From a virus (Duplodnaviria > Caudoviricetes), in the IMG/VR virus record IMGVR_UViG_3300036446_000027, positions 1 through 30,197 of that record: a stretch of 30,197 nucleotides of DNA; one strand, 5' to 3'. The position numbers and the translations under genes are program-made. The notes beneath the pieces are model-generated. The model searched no databases, had not been told where the DNA came from, and saw only the letters and a list, made by a program, of their open reading frames with translations. Shown in pieces: positions 9,312 through 18,597 of the stretch; within the stretch, counting starts at the first letter, position 1, and each line of letters opens with the position of its first letter.

Positions 9312-9755
9312 TTACTCGCTTTTCAACTCAGCAAGGACCTTCTCGGCTTCACCGACAGCTTTAAGAGCAGCCTCAAACTTTTCTTTTGTCTCATCCACTG
9401 TCTTTGATGCCTTTTCTTTCTTCTCAGCGGGCGCGTCAGTGAGGTCGTGCACCGCTTTTTTATACACTTCTTCTGCCCCGATTGCTACTTCTCTTTTCTT
9501 TTCAAGCGTAGCCTCCGCTTTCTGAATTGCTTTGAGCTTAGCTGCTTCAGCTTTAGCCTGGTCATCATCGCTGCTTTCGTTCTTCACATCCGCGCGGGTC
9601 ACACTTTCAACTGCTTTATCCTTCAGGCTCGATGCATGGAGTTCTGCATCACCTTTTGTGAAGAAGGCCTGACCATCAGCTGTAATATGAAATTCATCGA
9701 CGGTGTGATTTGCGAAATATCCTTCAGCGATTTGTACGGCCTGCTTGCGATCCAT
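9312..9755 (-). CDS. Hypothetical phage protein with a coiled-coil-like C-terminus
   Basis: 147 aa, FHITADGQAFF motif followed by an A/K/E-rich helical region. Confidence 0.7.
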   Translation of the reverse strand: MDRKQAVQIAEGYFANHTVDEFHITADGQAFFTKGDAELHASSLKDKAVESVTRADVKNESSDDDQAKAEAAKLKAIQKAEATLEKKREVAIGAEEVYKKAVHDLTDAPAEKKEKASKTVDETKEKFEAALKAVGEAEKVLAELKSE

Positions 9756-9765
9756 GAGAAAAAGT

Positions 9766-10257
9766 TTATTGTTTAAGATTCAATTTGCCAGTGGTATAGA
9801 GGTATGCTTCAATCGACCTGCGCCGGGTAAGCCCTCTGAGAATTTTGCCCCTTGATTTGTTCCATTTCAAAAACTCGGCGACAATGCGATCGTCGTTCGG
9901 ATTCTTGTTCACCAGGTGCAACAGCGTCGAATCGCCAAGGCCTTCCGGAATGTTGTCGACATCGATGTCGGTACCTACGTTGTAAGCGAAGCTGACCAGT
10001 GCATCAAATTGATGCTGCTTCACATCCACTTTCAACAGAGACTCAACATCATTTTCAAACAGTGCGAGAACGAAGTCAAATATTTGATCCGCGCGCTCCC
10101 TGGTGATTGCCTTGTCTCTCAGCGTCACCTTTGCTCCGTTCGGATAGAAGGTGTTTCCCCAACCGATCGTCGGAACACCTGCATCGCACAAGTAAGGTGT
10201 GAGGCGGAGGCTTTCGAAATGCCTGATCAGTGATCTGCCGAGTTCCGATGTCTTCAC
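9766..10257 (-). CDS. Endolysin, GH24 phage lysozyme
   Basis: FESLRLTPYLCDAGVPTIGWGNT (catalytic E/T region), QFDALVSFAYNVG, GLTRRRSIE. Confidence 0.93.
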   Translation of the reverse strand: MKTSELGRSLIRHFESLRLTPYLCDAGVPTIGWGNTFYPNGAKVTLRDKAITRERADQIFDFVLALFENDVESLLKVDVKQHQFDALVSFAYNVGTDIDVDNIPEGLGDSTLLHLVNKNPNDDRIVAEFLKWNKSRGKILRGLTRRRSIEAYLYTTGKLNLKQ

Positions 10258-10283
10258 GGTGTAAAGGGTATAGGGGTGAAAGC

Positions 10284-10739
10284 TTACGCCTTCTTGAATT
10301 TTGTGTCGTAGGTGTATTGAACCAGGACAATGATCTCACCAGTAGACAGCTTGCCATCAACAAGAGCCTTGCTAAGCATTGCGGCGATGTTCAGGAAGTA
10401 AGCCTTCTGTGCTTCCGGATGATACTTTTTGAGGTGATCGATCGCGCACTGAACGATCTGGTCATTGGTTGCCTTGCCTGCGCATTCTTCGGCAATTTTC
10501 AGTTGCACCAAAATCTTTGGAAGCTCCGCCTTGATCTTCGCGGAAATGATGTTGTCAACTTCTCCGGGAATCAGCGCATTGATGAGTGGCAGAACCGGCC
10601 CATCCATGTAGTACTTTATCTGCTCAACAACTTTGATGGCTGTTGGAATTTCTTTCTTCAGGAACTCCTTTGCTTTACCAAAAATGCGAACGAAGAAACC
10701 TGCGATCTGACCGAATAAGCGTTGGAAAAACTTTTTCAT
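10284..10739 (-). CDS. Hypothetical lysis-region protein with an amphipathic N-terminus
   Basis: 151 aa, MKKFFQRLFGQIAGFFVRIFGKAKEFLKK; directly upstream of the lysozyme. Confidence 0.65.
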   Translation of the reverse strand: MKKFFQRLFGQIAGFFVRIFGKAKEFLKKEIPTAIKVVEQIKYYMDGPVLPLINALIPGEVDNIISAKIKAELPKILVQLKIAEECAGKATNDQIVQCAIDHLKKYHPEAQKAYFLNIAAMLSKALVDGKLSTGEIIVLVQYTYDTKFKKA

Positions 10740-10751
10740 ATAAGTGAGATT

Positions 10752-11051
10752 TTACTGTCGTCTTTTGGGTGGAGTAATCTGGTAGCTGTCTTCGTGTCTT
10801 CCGTACTCCTTTCGGAAGTCTACTAGTTGTTGATCATGCCTGTTGTCGGAAGCCTTGAGGGCTTCAATGTCTTTCCCGTTTTCTATCGTCTTAATGATCA
10901 GTGCGTCGATCTTGTCACTGGTGCTTTCGATGCGTTTGACGATCATCGTCCCAAATCCGGTAATGAGCACTGTGATGACCCAGAAAAGGACCGGCGTTGA
11001 TTGCGCTTTTACTATCTTCTCTACCTGCGCATCCTTGTGCGAGTCGCTCAT
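10752..11051 (-). CDS. Single-pass membrane protein, holin candidate
   Basis: One hydrophobic segment (VLFWVITVLITGFGTMIV) plus a coiled-coil; lysis cluster context. Confidence 0.55.
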   Translation of the reverse strand: MSDSHKDAQVEKIVKAQSTPVLFWVITVLITGFGTMIVKRIESTSDKIDALIIKTIENGKDIEALKASDNRHDQQLVDFRKEYGRHEDSYQITPPKRRQ

Positions 11052-11077
11052 GAGGTCGGATTAAAAACGGGGCTTAT

Positions 11078-11110
11078 ATAAAGCCTGAGGCCTTACGGGG
11101 CCAGCAGGCT
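11078..11110 (-). terminator. Hairpin / probable terminator after the major capsid gene
   Basis: Minus strand AGCCTG-CTGGCCCC-GTAA-GGCCT-CAGGCT-TTATAT, with a GNRA loop. Confidence 0.5.
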
Positions 11111-11134
11111 GTCGTGGACTAAAACGTTGAATGA

Positions 11135-12232
11135 TTAAGCAGCCTGGATGATCCTCACAATGCCTTCGCTGTTTGCTCTGCGCACACGACCACCCATCCT
11201 GATAAGAGCCGAGTGGATGTCGCCGTAGTACAGCGGGTTGTTCAAATCCTGGAACATCTTCACATCTCCAATTGCGCGGGCCACTGAGTTCTTCTGCCAT
11301 GCAAGTGATACGAGGTTGTCGGTTGCGGCCAGAGCTGCTCCAAGAGCCTTCAGCGCATCAGCATTGTCTGCTGCAAGCACCGAGCTGCGGGTGAGGATAT
11401 TAAATCCGTGAATGCGGCCAACTACACCATTTGCAGCATCGACGTGTTCGGAAAAGTTCTTTTGCGCGTTGTCGCTGAGAGAGTCGTAGAAGAACTCAAA
11501 CATGTTGTCATCGATCATGCAGTACCTGTCAGACTTCAGAACGTTTTGGGTGTTCATGAGAGTCATAGCCTTTACGAGGTCCTTGTGATGAAAACCTTTA
11601 CGTGTGCCGGTCTGTCCATTCACACCTGCAACGGTGCCAGCGCCAGCGCCGCCAGTAGTCCTCACGATCGACGCAGCGTTTGCACCCCACTTGATGAGCA
11701 TATCGTCGGCGATAATTTCATTGAGCACCTGGGCATGTTCGCCGAATGCGGAGTCCATCTTGTCGTAAGACAGATGCACTCTGTCAACGTCAGGTAAATG
11801 AGTGGGATCGGTTGAATATTCATCCAGAACATACGTGATGTCTGTGTCGGTCCTGCGTACAGCAGCTGCCGGAAATGCAGCGCGGTTCTTCACGATCGCA
11901 GGCTTCGCTCCAGGCTGAGGGATGTGCACGATGCGACCAGCTACTACGTTGTCATCATCGTTGTATGCATGCTTAAGAAACAGGTTGTCCTTCCAAAGTC
12001 TTTCGGTGATGTACTTGACCCACACTTCGACGTTGACGCCGCTCACTTTTACACTCGGATAGTCAATTGAAATCCGTGGGGCGAGATACGCTATAAATCC
12101 GGCACCAAACGCTACTCCGGGCACCAGATATGCAAGTGCAGGTGAATGTCCTACGATAGAAGGCACTGCCATCATCAGCAGTATTCCGCACATAACTGCG
12201 ACTACAAAATTTTTCACTGAAAGATTCTTCAT
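11135..12232 (-). CDS. Major capsid protein (HK97-fold by inference) with a hydrophobic N-terminal leader
   Basis: Follows the protease gene; EVWVKYITERL, IVHIPQPGAKP, GRIHGFNILTRS, NPLYYGDIHSALIRMGG resemble Bacteroidota phage capsid proteins. Confidence 0.8.
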   Translation of the reverse strand: MKNLSVKNFVVAVMCGILLMMAVPSIVGHSPALAYLVPGVAFGAGFIAYLAPRISIDYPSVKVSGVNVEVWVKYITERLWKDNLFLKHAYNDDDNVVAGRIVHIPQPGAKPAIVKNRAAFPAAAVRRTDTDITYVLDEYSTDPTHLPDVDRVHLSYDKMDSAFGEHAQVLNEIIADDMLIKWGANAASIVRTTGGAGAGTVAGVNGQTGTRKGFHHKDLVKAMTLMNTQNVLKSDRYCMIDDNMFEFFYDSLSDNAQKNFSEHVDAANGVVGRIHGFNILTRSSVLAADNADALKALGAALAATDNLVSLAWQKNSVARAIGDVKMFQDLNNPLYYGDIHSALIRMGGRVRRANSEGIVRIIQAA

Positions 12233-12293
12233 GGGTATGAACGTTTAAAAATTTTTGACGTGGTTGATGATCGATGATTTTGATAGCAACGGA

Positions 12294-13277
12294 TTATACG
12301 CTGCGTGTATACTCGACTGCGAAATGCTCTTTGTACTTCAGTTTGAAGTGCTCGAAGCTGAGTTTCTTCAGTGTCTCCAGCTGTCCTGTTCTCCACAGTT
12401 CAGTGCCAGAGAGTTTGAGGAGCGCTTCAAGTTCCGGGGTAGATTCAGCGCCATCCGTCTGCGATTGCAGGCTTACATAAGGCTTCTTTCCATCCAGCAG
12501 TGCCTTTGTAGTATCGAAATCAAGACTGGCAAGTTTGGTGTAATGGGCTCTCTCTGCTTCAGTGATCTTTTTTGAACTAACAGCCAGGTCAACTAGAGCT
12601 TTAATTTCGCCGTCCTTTTGAGCCTTGCTTACATCGGCCAGTTTTGTTTCGAGGTCTGCCTTGGCAGTCTTAAGTGCCGTAATAGATGCTGCAACCTCAG
12701 AGACGCTCGCATTTTCTGCAAGGCCGAGCAGGCTGATAATTTCAACCAGATTAAGTTCCATTTCAGAAGTTTTTAATAGAGGGATAATTGGCACTTTGCC
12801 AGCAGAGAGTTCAACCAGTGCATCGGATTCATCGTAGAGCGCAGGAACATCACAAAGAGCAAGCGCATTGTCGTTGCTCCCGATATCTACAATGGAAGCT
12901 TCGCGGATTACACTCTTTGTAACCGTCTCGTAACGCTGCCCAACAAGAATGTGCTTGGGATCTGAAGACAACTCCAGCGGTTTGAATCCCATAGATGCCA
13001 TTCTTATAAAGTCGTTCTCAACTTTAGAGGCGATCCCGGCTGCGAATGGGTCATTGAGATCAAAGACGGCATCGGCCAAAAGCTTACCATCTTCTTTTCG
13101 AATGTTTTCCCAACGTCCAATTACCGAGTACTCGTCCTTTGTACCTCTCCACGGTCTGTTGTGTAAAAACAGCATGATCGGGTTGCGTTCAAACTGACTG
13201 GTATCGATGCCGTCAGTCAGTACGCGAAATCCGTAGCTGTTAAGAGAGTTGTCAGAAAGAACAAAGGTTTTTGCCAT
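12294..13277 (-). CDS. Prohead protease / scaffold protein (Mu gpI-like role)
   Basis: Probable start MAKTFVLSDNSLNSYGFRVLTDGID at 13277; NPIMLFLH, IGRWENIR, ASMGF, EASIVDIGSN, then a coiled-coil scaffold region. Confidence 0.88.
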   Translation of the reverse strand: MAKTFVLSDNSLNSYGFRVLTDGIDTSQFERNPIMLFLHNRPWRGTKDEYSVIGRWENIRKEDGKLLADAVFDLNDPFAAGIASKVENDFIRMASMGFKPLELSSDPKHILVGQRYETVTKSVIREASIVDIGSNDNALALCDVPALYDESDALVELSAGKVPIIPLLKTSEMELNLVEIISLLGLAENASVSEVAASITALKTAKADLETKLADVSKAQKDGEIKALVDLAVSSKKITEAERAHYTKLASLDFDTTKALLDGKKPYVSLQSQTDGAESTPELEALLKLSGTELWRTGQLETLKKLSFEHFKLKYKEHFAVEYTRSV

Positions 13278-13297
13278 CTGCGTGGTGCTGTAAAACA

Positions 13298-13330
13298 CAA
13301 ACATACAAGCGGCTGAAACCCTGTTCCAAA
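13298..13330 (-). promoter_or_regulatory. Bacteroidota-type primary sigma promoter for the protease-capsid-tail operon
   Basis: Minus strand TTTG (13330-13327), 21 nt, then TATGTTTG (13305-13298), matching TTTG-N19-21-TAnnTTTG, 20 nt upstream of the ATG. Confidence 0.65.
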
Positions 13331-13449
13331 TGGGGTTTTCGTGGTATGCACCCTTGTTGCTACAGCATAGTGCACAAACTGTATCATGATGAAAATCGCA
13401 GTTGCGAACCCATATGCACGAAGTGCATCTTTGCCTTAAACCACTACGG

Positions 13450-13896
13450 ATGGGAGAGCTAAGTATTGCCCAAAAGAAAGAGTATGCAAAGGTGCTCTTC
13501 ACACGCGAAGACATGACGCAAAAAGAGATTGCGCAAAAGGTCGGAGTGAGTGAGAAGACAATGTCAAAGTGGGCAAATGAAGACAACTGGGAAGTTCTTA
13601 GGGCGAGCCTCTTTATCAGTAAAGAAGATCAGATCGTTCGAACGTACAGAATGATCGACAAGCTGATGAGCGACATCGAAGAAAAGCGCAACGGCATTCC
13701 TGACACAAAGGAAGCTGACGTACTTGCAAAACTTGCTGCAACGATACGATCGCTGGAAACTGAAATCGATATCGCTCAGATCGTAGATGTATTCAAAGAG
13801 TTTATCGGCTTTATTAAAGTCCAGGACTTCAAAAAAGCTCAAGAGATTATTGTACTGCTTGACGGCTTTATCAAATACAAACTGAAAGCCGCATGA
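13450..13896 (+). CDS. Terminase small subunit (DUF1804 / HTH type)
   Basis: KKEYAKVLF...TQKEIAQKVGVSEKTMSKW HTH; probable ATG at 13450; ATGA overlap with the large subunit. Confidence 0.8.
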   Translation: MGELSIAQKKEYAKVLFTREDMTQKEIAQKVGVSEKTMSKWANEDNWEVLRASLFISKEDQIVRTYRMIDKLMSDIEEKRNGIPDTKEADVLAKLAATIRSLETEIDIAQIVDVFKEFIGFIKVQDFKKAQEIIVLLDGFIKYKLKAA

Positions 13897-15398
13897 TTTT
13901 AAAACTCGTCGACCGGCGCGCTCTTCAAGACTGGGATGCATATCGAAAAAGCGTCGTAGAAAGTACGAGCGTGGATTTGAGTGAATCGCCGGATGCGCAG
14001 TCCAAGCGAATACGAAAGCTCGAAGCCGATCCTGAAAAGTGGTTCAAGTACTACTTCCCAAAATTCGCATACGCCGATCCGGCAGACTTTCACAAGGCAG
14101 CAACCAGACGACTACTCTCTCACGACAGATGGTATGAAGTCAGGGCATGGAGCCGCGAACTTGCAAAGAGTACTCGTGCAATGATGGAGTCGCTTTATAT
14201 GACGCTTACGGGCAAACGATTTAATGTGCTTTTGATTAGCAATAGCAACGATAATGCGGTAAGGCTGCTTGCTCCCTTCAAGATCAATCTTGAATCCAAC
14301 CAGCGCATCGTTCATGACTACGGTGATCAGCAGGCTCTCGGTTCCTGGGAGACTGGTGAATTCATCACGAAGAAGGGCGTATCCTTTCGCGCGATCGGGG
14401 CCGGGCAATCACCACGAGGTACCAGAAATGAAGAGAAACGTGTCGACCTTGTTTTGATCGATGACTTCGATACGGATGAAGAATGTAAGAATCCGCGCAT
14501 CATCAAGCAAAAATGGGAATGGCTCGAACAGGCTGTGATGCCGACCGTGTCGGTCTCGGGTAAGTATACATTTTTATTTCTTGGAAACATCATCGCTAAG
14601 GATTGCTGCATTGTACGCGCATCCAAGAAGGCAAGCCACTTTGAGAAGATCAACATTCGGGACAAGCATGGCGTGTCCACATGGCCGCAAAAGAATTCTG
14701 AAAAGGACATCGATGACATTCTTTCTCTGATCAGCTATATCTCCCAGCAAAAGGAGTTCTTCAACAATCCGATTACTGAAGGCACTGTCTTCACCGAGAT
14801 GTACTTCAAACGTCTGCGACCACTCAAGTTCTACCGATTCCTTGTCTGCTACATCGACCCCTCCTATAAAGCAACAAGTAAGAACGACTACAAAGCAATT
14901 GTGCTGATGGGAAAGCACGGTGATGAATACCACATCCACAAAGCTTTTGTCAAACAGTGTACCACTGCCAAGATGGTTGAAGCACTCATTGATTTTAAGA
15001 ACTACGTTGGATCAGCAACCAACGTTTACTTTTTTATGGAAGAGGTTTTCCTGCAAGACATCATCATTCAGGAGGTTTATCAAATCGCTAAGGAGATGCG
15101 CGTATCGATTCCGCTCAAAGGAGATGACAGGGCAAAGCCGGACAAGTTCACTCGTATCGAAAGCAATCTTGAACCACTCAATCGCAATGGGAAGCTGTGG
15201 CTCAATGAAGAATTCAAAGATGATCCGGGTATGCAGACTCTGGCAGAACAATTTGTTGCGCTGGAACCCGGAAGCAAGTCTCACGACGATGGACCTGACG
15301 CAGCAGAAGGCGCAAAATGGATCATCGATTTTAAAACAAGCACAAGCCCGGCTGATGTAACGGTTGGCAGAAGGGCTGCGCAAAAAAACCGCTTATAA
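13893..15398 (+). CDS. Terminase large subunit
   Basis: 501 aa; WSRELAKST (Walker A-like), LVLIDDFD (Walker B), YIDPS and HDDGPDA (RNase H-like nuclease). Confidence 0.93.
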   Translation: MILKLVDRRALQDWDAYRKSVVESTSVDLSESPDAQSKRIRKLEADPEKWFKYYFPKFAYADPADFHKAATRRLLSHDRWYEVRAWSRELAKSTRAMMESLYMTLTGKRFNVLLISNSNDNAVRLLAPFKINLESNQRIVHDYGDQQALGSWETGEFITKKGVSFRAIGAGQSPRGTRNEEKRVDLVLIDDFDTDEECKNPRIIKQKWEWLEQAVMPTVSVSGKYTFLFLGNIIAKDCCIVRASKKASHFEKINIRDKHGVSTWPQKNSEKDIDDILSLISYISQQKEFFNNPITEGTVFTEMYFKRLRPLKFYRFLVCYIDPSYKATSKNDYKAIVLMGKHGDEYHIHKAFVKQCTTAKMVEALIDFKNYVGSATNVYFFMEEVFLQDIIIQEVYQIAKEMRVSIPLKGDDRAKPDKFTRIESNLEPLNRNGKLWLNEEFKDDPGMQTLAEQFVALEPGSKSHDDGPDAAEGAKWIIDFKTSTSPADVTVGRRAAQKNRL

Positions 15399-15817
15399 TG
15401 CCGTACCTGACAGTAGCAGAACTCTCCACTCATATCTATGGTGAGATAATCGATCAGATATCAAGAAACGATGATTCAATTGCGGAGGACGCCATTGTCG
15501 CGGCCATTGAAGAGGCTTCTGGATACCTCGCCAAATTCGACATTGCTGCAACATTCGCAGCAACCGGTGACGCCCGCAATCCACTTCTTGCCATGTATGT
15601 GAAAGACATTGCTACGTGGCACTTCATTCAACTGGCAAACCCAAATATTGAAATGTCTTTTCGCGAAGTGAGGTATAACCATGCGATCAAGTGGCTTGAG
15701 AAAGTGCAGAGAGGCATCATCGTCCCGGCGCTGCCGCTTCCGGCACCTGACATCACCGTGCAGACGGGATCGGTCCGGTGGGGACAGGCAAGAAAGCAAC
15801 AATCCGGATCGCTGTAA
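15398..15817 (+). CDS. Mu gp36-like (DUF1320) head-tail adaptor
   Basis: YLTVAEL...AIEEASGYL...KDIATWH...RYNHAIKWLEKVQRG. Confidence 0.85.
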   Translation: MPYLTVAELSTHIYGEIIDQISRNDDSIAEDAIVAAIEEASGYLAKFDIAATFAATGDARNPLLAMYVKDIATWHFIQLANPNIEMSFREVRYNHAIKWLEKVQRGIIVPALPLPAPDITVQTGSVRWGQARKQQSGSL

Positions 15818-15853
15818 GGCACTCAACAATTCTTACTTATAACGTCTTCAAAT

Positions 15854-17209
15854 ATGTCTGAATCCCTTCCGAAAGCGAGCAAAACAACGCCTGGTGCAAA
15901 TAAGCCGGTTGTTATTCAAAATTTTGTTGTCTCGCGACCACCGCAGCGTACCAATTTCGAAATCGATACCTGGCGCACGGCACTTTCCTACGCTGAAATG
16001 GATGGCGGCAACCGCACACGGCTCTATGACCTTTATTCCGATATTTTGCTTGATCCGCATCTTACCAGCCAGTGGAGCAAACGGGTGATGAACGTGACCA
16101 ATACCGATGTTCTGTTCACCCGTGATGGAAAAGAAATTGATACGCTCTCTGATCTGATGGACTCCCCGGAGTTTGAAGAACTGCTTTCAGAAATCATGAA
16201 TGCAGTTGCCTGGGGAATAACTGTTGTGGAGCTGGGCAACAAGAAAGTATTTGAAATGGGTGAAGAGAAGCTTCGCCTCACGATATACAGCGTCGAGCGA
16301 AAGCACATTCGGCCACTTGAAGGAACGATCGTTGCCGAGCAACATGGATCCAATACGGAAGGAATCAAATACCGTGAAGGCGCATACCTGAACTATGTTG
16401 CAGAGATCGGAAAGCCTCGCGACCTTGGACTGCTACTGAAGGCAGCTCCCTACATTTTGCTAAAGAAAGGAGGCCTAAGCGACTGGGCTTTGTTTGTACA
16501 ACTCTTCGGTCAACCGTTCAGGGAATTTCAGTACGACGGCTATGACGAAGCGACGCGCGTGAAACTCGAACAGAGTGCCAAAGAAATGGGAAGCGCACCG
16601 TATATCATTTTGCCAAGCGGCGCAAAAATTACTCTGCACGATATCAAAACCAATCCGGGAGGCGAGGTGCACAACAAGCTTGTCGAATTCATCGATCAGC
16701 AGATCAGTATCCTTACGCTGGGCAACACGGAAACCACCAAGTCAAGCAAGAGCAGCGGCTACGCGCAGTCCCAGACGCATCAAAAGACGCAGCAGGAAAT
16801 CTTCATTGCCGATAAAAAGAGAGTGCGCAGGATTCTAAATCGTGTGGTTCGTCCGATCCTATACAACCTTGGCTTTGATGTAAAGGACGGCTACTTTCAT
16901 TTTAAGGAAGATGTCTCCGTTGCAGAAAGGCTTGACCGCATCAAACTTGCTGGTGAAGTCAAAAAGATCGGAGTGCCGGTTGCAGACGACTATGTGTATG
17001 AAGAATCTGGTATTCCAAAGCCTGACAATTACGATCAACTCAAAGAAGAGATGCAGGCACGTTCTGAAGACTTTGACCAGGATGAAGATGATCCAAAAGA
17101 GAAGACGGAGAAGAAGAAACCGAAAGAGAAAAAGAAGCTCCGCTACATCGATCAGCAGGTCCGCAAACTCAGAATTGCACTGGCTGATTTTTTCGACCCG
17201 GCCCCGTGA
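15854..17209 (+). CDS. Portal protein (Mu gp29 / DUF935-like)
   Basis: LYDLYSDILLDPHL, DLGLLLKAAP, WALFVQLFGQPFR, QISILTLGNTETT. Confidence 0.9.
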   Translation: MSESLPKASKTTPGANKPVVIQNFVVSRPPQRTNFEIDTWRTALSYAEMDGGNRTRLYDLYSDILLDPHLTSQWSKRVMNVTNTDVLFTRDGKEIDTLSDLMDSPEFEELLSEIMNAVAWGITVVELGNKKVFEMGEEKLRLTIYSVERKHIRPLEGTIVAEQHGSNTEGIKYREGAYLNYVAEIGKPRDLGLLLKAAPYILLKKGGLSDWALFVQLFGQPFREFQYDGYDEATRVKLEQSAKEMGSAPYIILPSGAKITLHDIKTNPGGEVHNKLVEFIDQQISILTLGNTETTKSSKSSGYAQSQTHQKTQQEIFIADKKRVRRILNRVVRPILYNLGFDVKDGYFHFKEDVSVAERLDRIKLAGEVKKIGVPVADDYVYEESGIPKPDNYDQLKEEMQARSEDFDQDEDDPKEKTEKKKPKEKKKLRYIDQQVRKLRIALADFFDPAP

Positions 17210-18519
17210 CCACGACGGGGCTGGTCCAGGACAACCTAAAGAGGTTGTATTTTCAAAATACAACCGGAAGCGGTTGTACGCATGATCACGGTTTGCTTAC
17301 TACACTAGCGGTCGACAAGGAATGGAAGCGGATCATTGACAGCTTTGCCAAACAGCTGCATGAAGGCAAATGGTCCGAGGGCAAAATACCGGCAGGCATT
17401 TACTTCAAAACAGCCTCAACACTGGCCGAGGCACTTGTCGGTGCAAACCAGTTTGCTTACGATGATCCGCGCAATTCCCTTGCTGCTACGCTTCGTGCAA
17501 ACCTTTATCAATTCAGCGGTGCGAAATCTCTTACAGAGGCCGCAGCGTTCACGGAGCTGCTTCTTGATGAGAACGGAGAGCTGAAGTCATTTAACCGGTT
17601 CAGAAGCGATATGGAGGCATTGCATGGCCTTTACAACGAACAGTACCTGAGCGCAGAATATCACAACGCAGTCGCCCAGGCGCAGGCGGCCAATCAGTGG
17701 AAGCAGTGGGAGAAATCCGACACATGGCTTGAATACCGCACGATGCTCGATGACCGGGTCCGCGAAAAGCACCGGTTGCTGGAAGGTCTCGTTCTTCACG
17801 TTTCTTCGCCGGTTTGGAATAGAATCTATCCGCCCAACGACTGGCTGTGTCGCTGTGTTGTCGTTCCAGCTCCGAAGCCAAAGAATCCGGTATCTGAACA
17901 GGAAGCAGGAAAGCTCGGAAAGGACGCAGTAACCAATCCGCTCTTTGACAACAATCCGGGAAAGACAGGCATCATCTTCAAAGCGGATCATCCCTATTTC
18001 GAGAGCGTCAAAGGAATCAGGGAACTCGATGCCGTCCGAAATTATGGGCTAAAGAGCGCCGAGAAAATTATGCAAGACGCCGATCGCTTTCCTGCGATCA
18101 GCCACATGGATACCGAGACCGACTACTACATCTGGTGGGAGCGAATGGTAGCCGAGTTCGGTGTCGGCCAGAACAACTTTGTGCTGCCTGACAAGCTCGG
18201 CAGCAAACTGCTCTTTACTGCAAGTCCGGATGGCAAAAAGAAAGGCTCCTACTTCCGCGATCACATCCTGGGCAACGACGAGAAGCGCTATGAATATGCA
18301 GCGAGCCTGGTAGACATCGTCACTGATCCGGATGAAGTTTGGTACAACAGGCAGAAAGGAGTTTTGTCAGCGATCTACGTCAAGTATTTCAGCGATGCGC
18401 CGTACGTGGTTCGGACCGAGGTTGAAGAGAAGGTCATTCGTGCACAGACCATACACAAGGCCGACAAGAAGGAAGTGATTGGGAAGCTCAGAAAAGGAGC
18501 GCTGGTCTACAAGAAATAA
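17206..18519 (+). CDS. MuF (Mu gp30 / SPP1 gp7-like) minor head protein with a C-terminal PBECR2-like nuclease-fold domain
   Basis: MuF motifs LEYRTMLDDRVREKH and IYPPNDWLCRC. The C-terminal extension FRDHI...IVTDPDEVW...YVKYF...LRKGALVYKK resembles PBECR2-type domains. Confidence 0.82.
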   Translation: MTTTGLVQDNLKRLYFQNTTGSGCTHDHGLLTTLAVDKEWKRIIDSFAKQLHEGKWSEGKIPAGIYFKTASTLAEALVGANQFAYDDPRNSLAATLRANLYQFSGAKSLTEAAAFTELLLDENGELKSFNRFRSDMEALHGLYNEQYLSAEYHNAVAQAQAANQWKQWEKSDTWLEYRTMLDDRVREKHRLLEGLVLHVSSPVWNRIYPPNDWLCRCVVVPAPKPKNPVSEQEAGKLGKDAVTNPLFDNNPGKTGIIFKADHPYFESVKGIRELDAVRNYGLKSAEKIMQDADRFPAISHMDTETDYYIWWERMVAEFGVGQNNFVLPDKLGSKLLFTASPDGKKKGSYFRDHILGNDEKRYEYAASLVDIVTDPDEVWYNRQKGVLSAIYVKYFSDAPYVVRTEVEEKVIRAQTIHKADKKEVIGKLRKGALVYKK

Positions 18520-18597
18520 AAAGGGAATCGAGTGTAGCTGAACAGGCGGGAAAGCCTCGCTTTCATCTGATTCCCTTCGCAACGAGTAGCGTGCGGT
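18512..18597 (-). ncRNA. Candidate structured sRNA convergent on the MuF-nuclease 3' end
   Basis: Minus strand: TAATTTCG (-7-like, 18607-18600), hairpin CGCACG-CTACT-CGTTGCG, long stem AAGGGAATC...GATTCCCTT enclosing AGGC-TTTCCC-GCCT, then TTTATTTCTT. Confidence 0.45.

Noticed and set aside
13278-13586. N-terminal extension of the 430-aa ORF 12294..13586
   Set aside because: It overlaps the divergent small terminase gene and the promoter motif. The protease-like sequence starts at ATG 13277.
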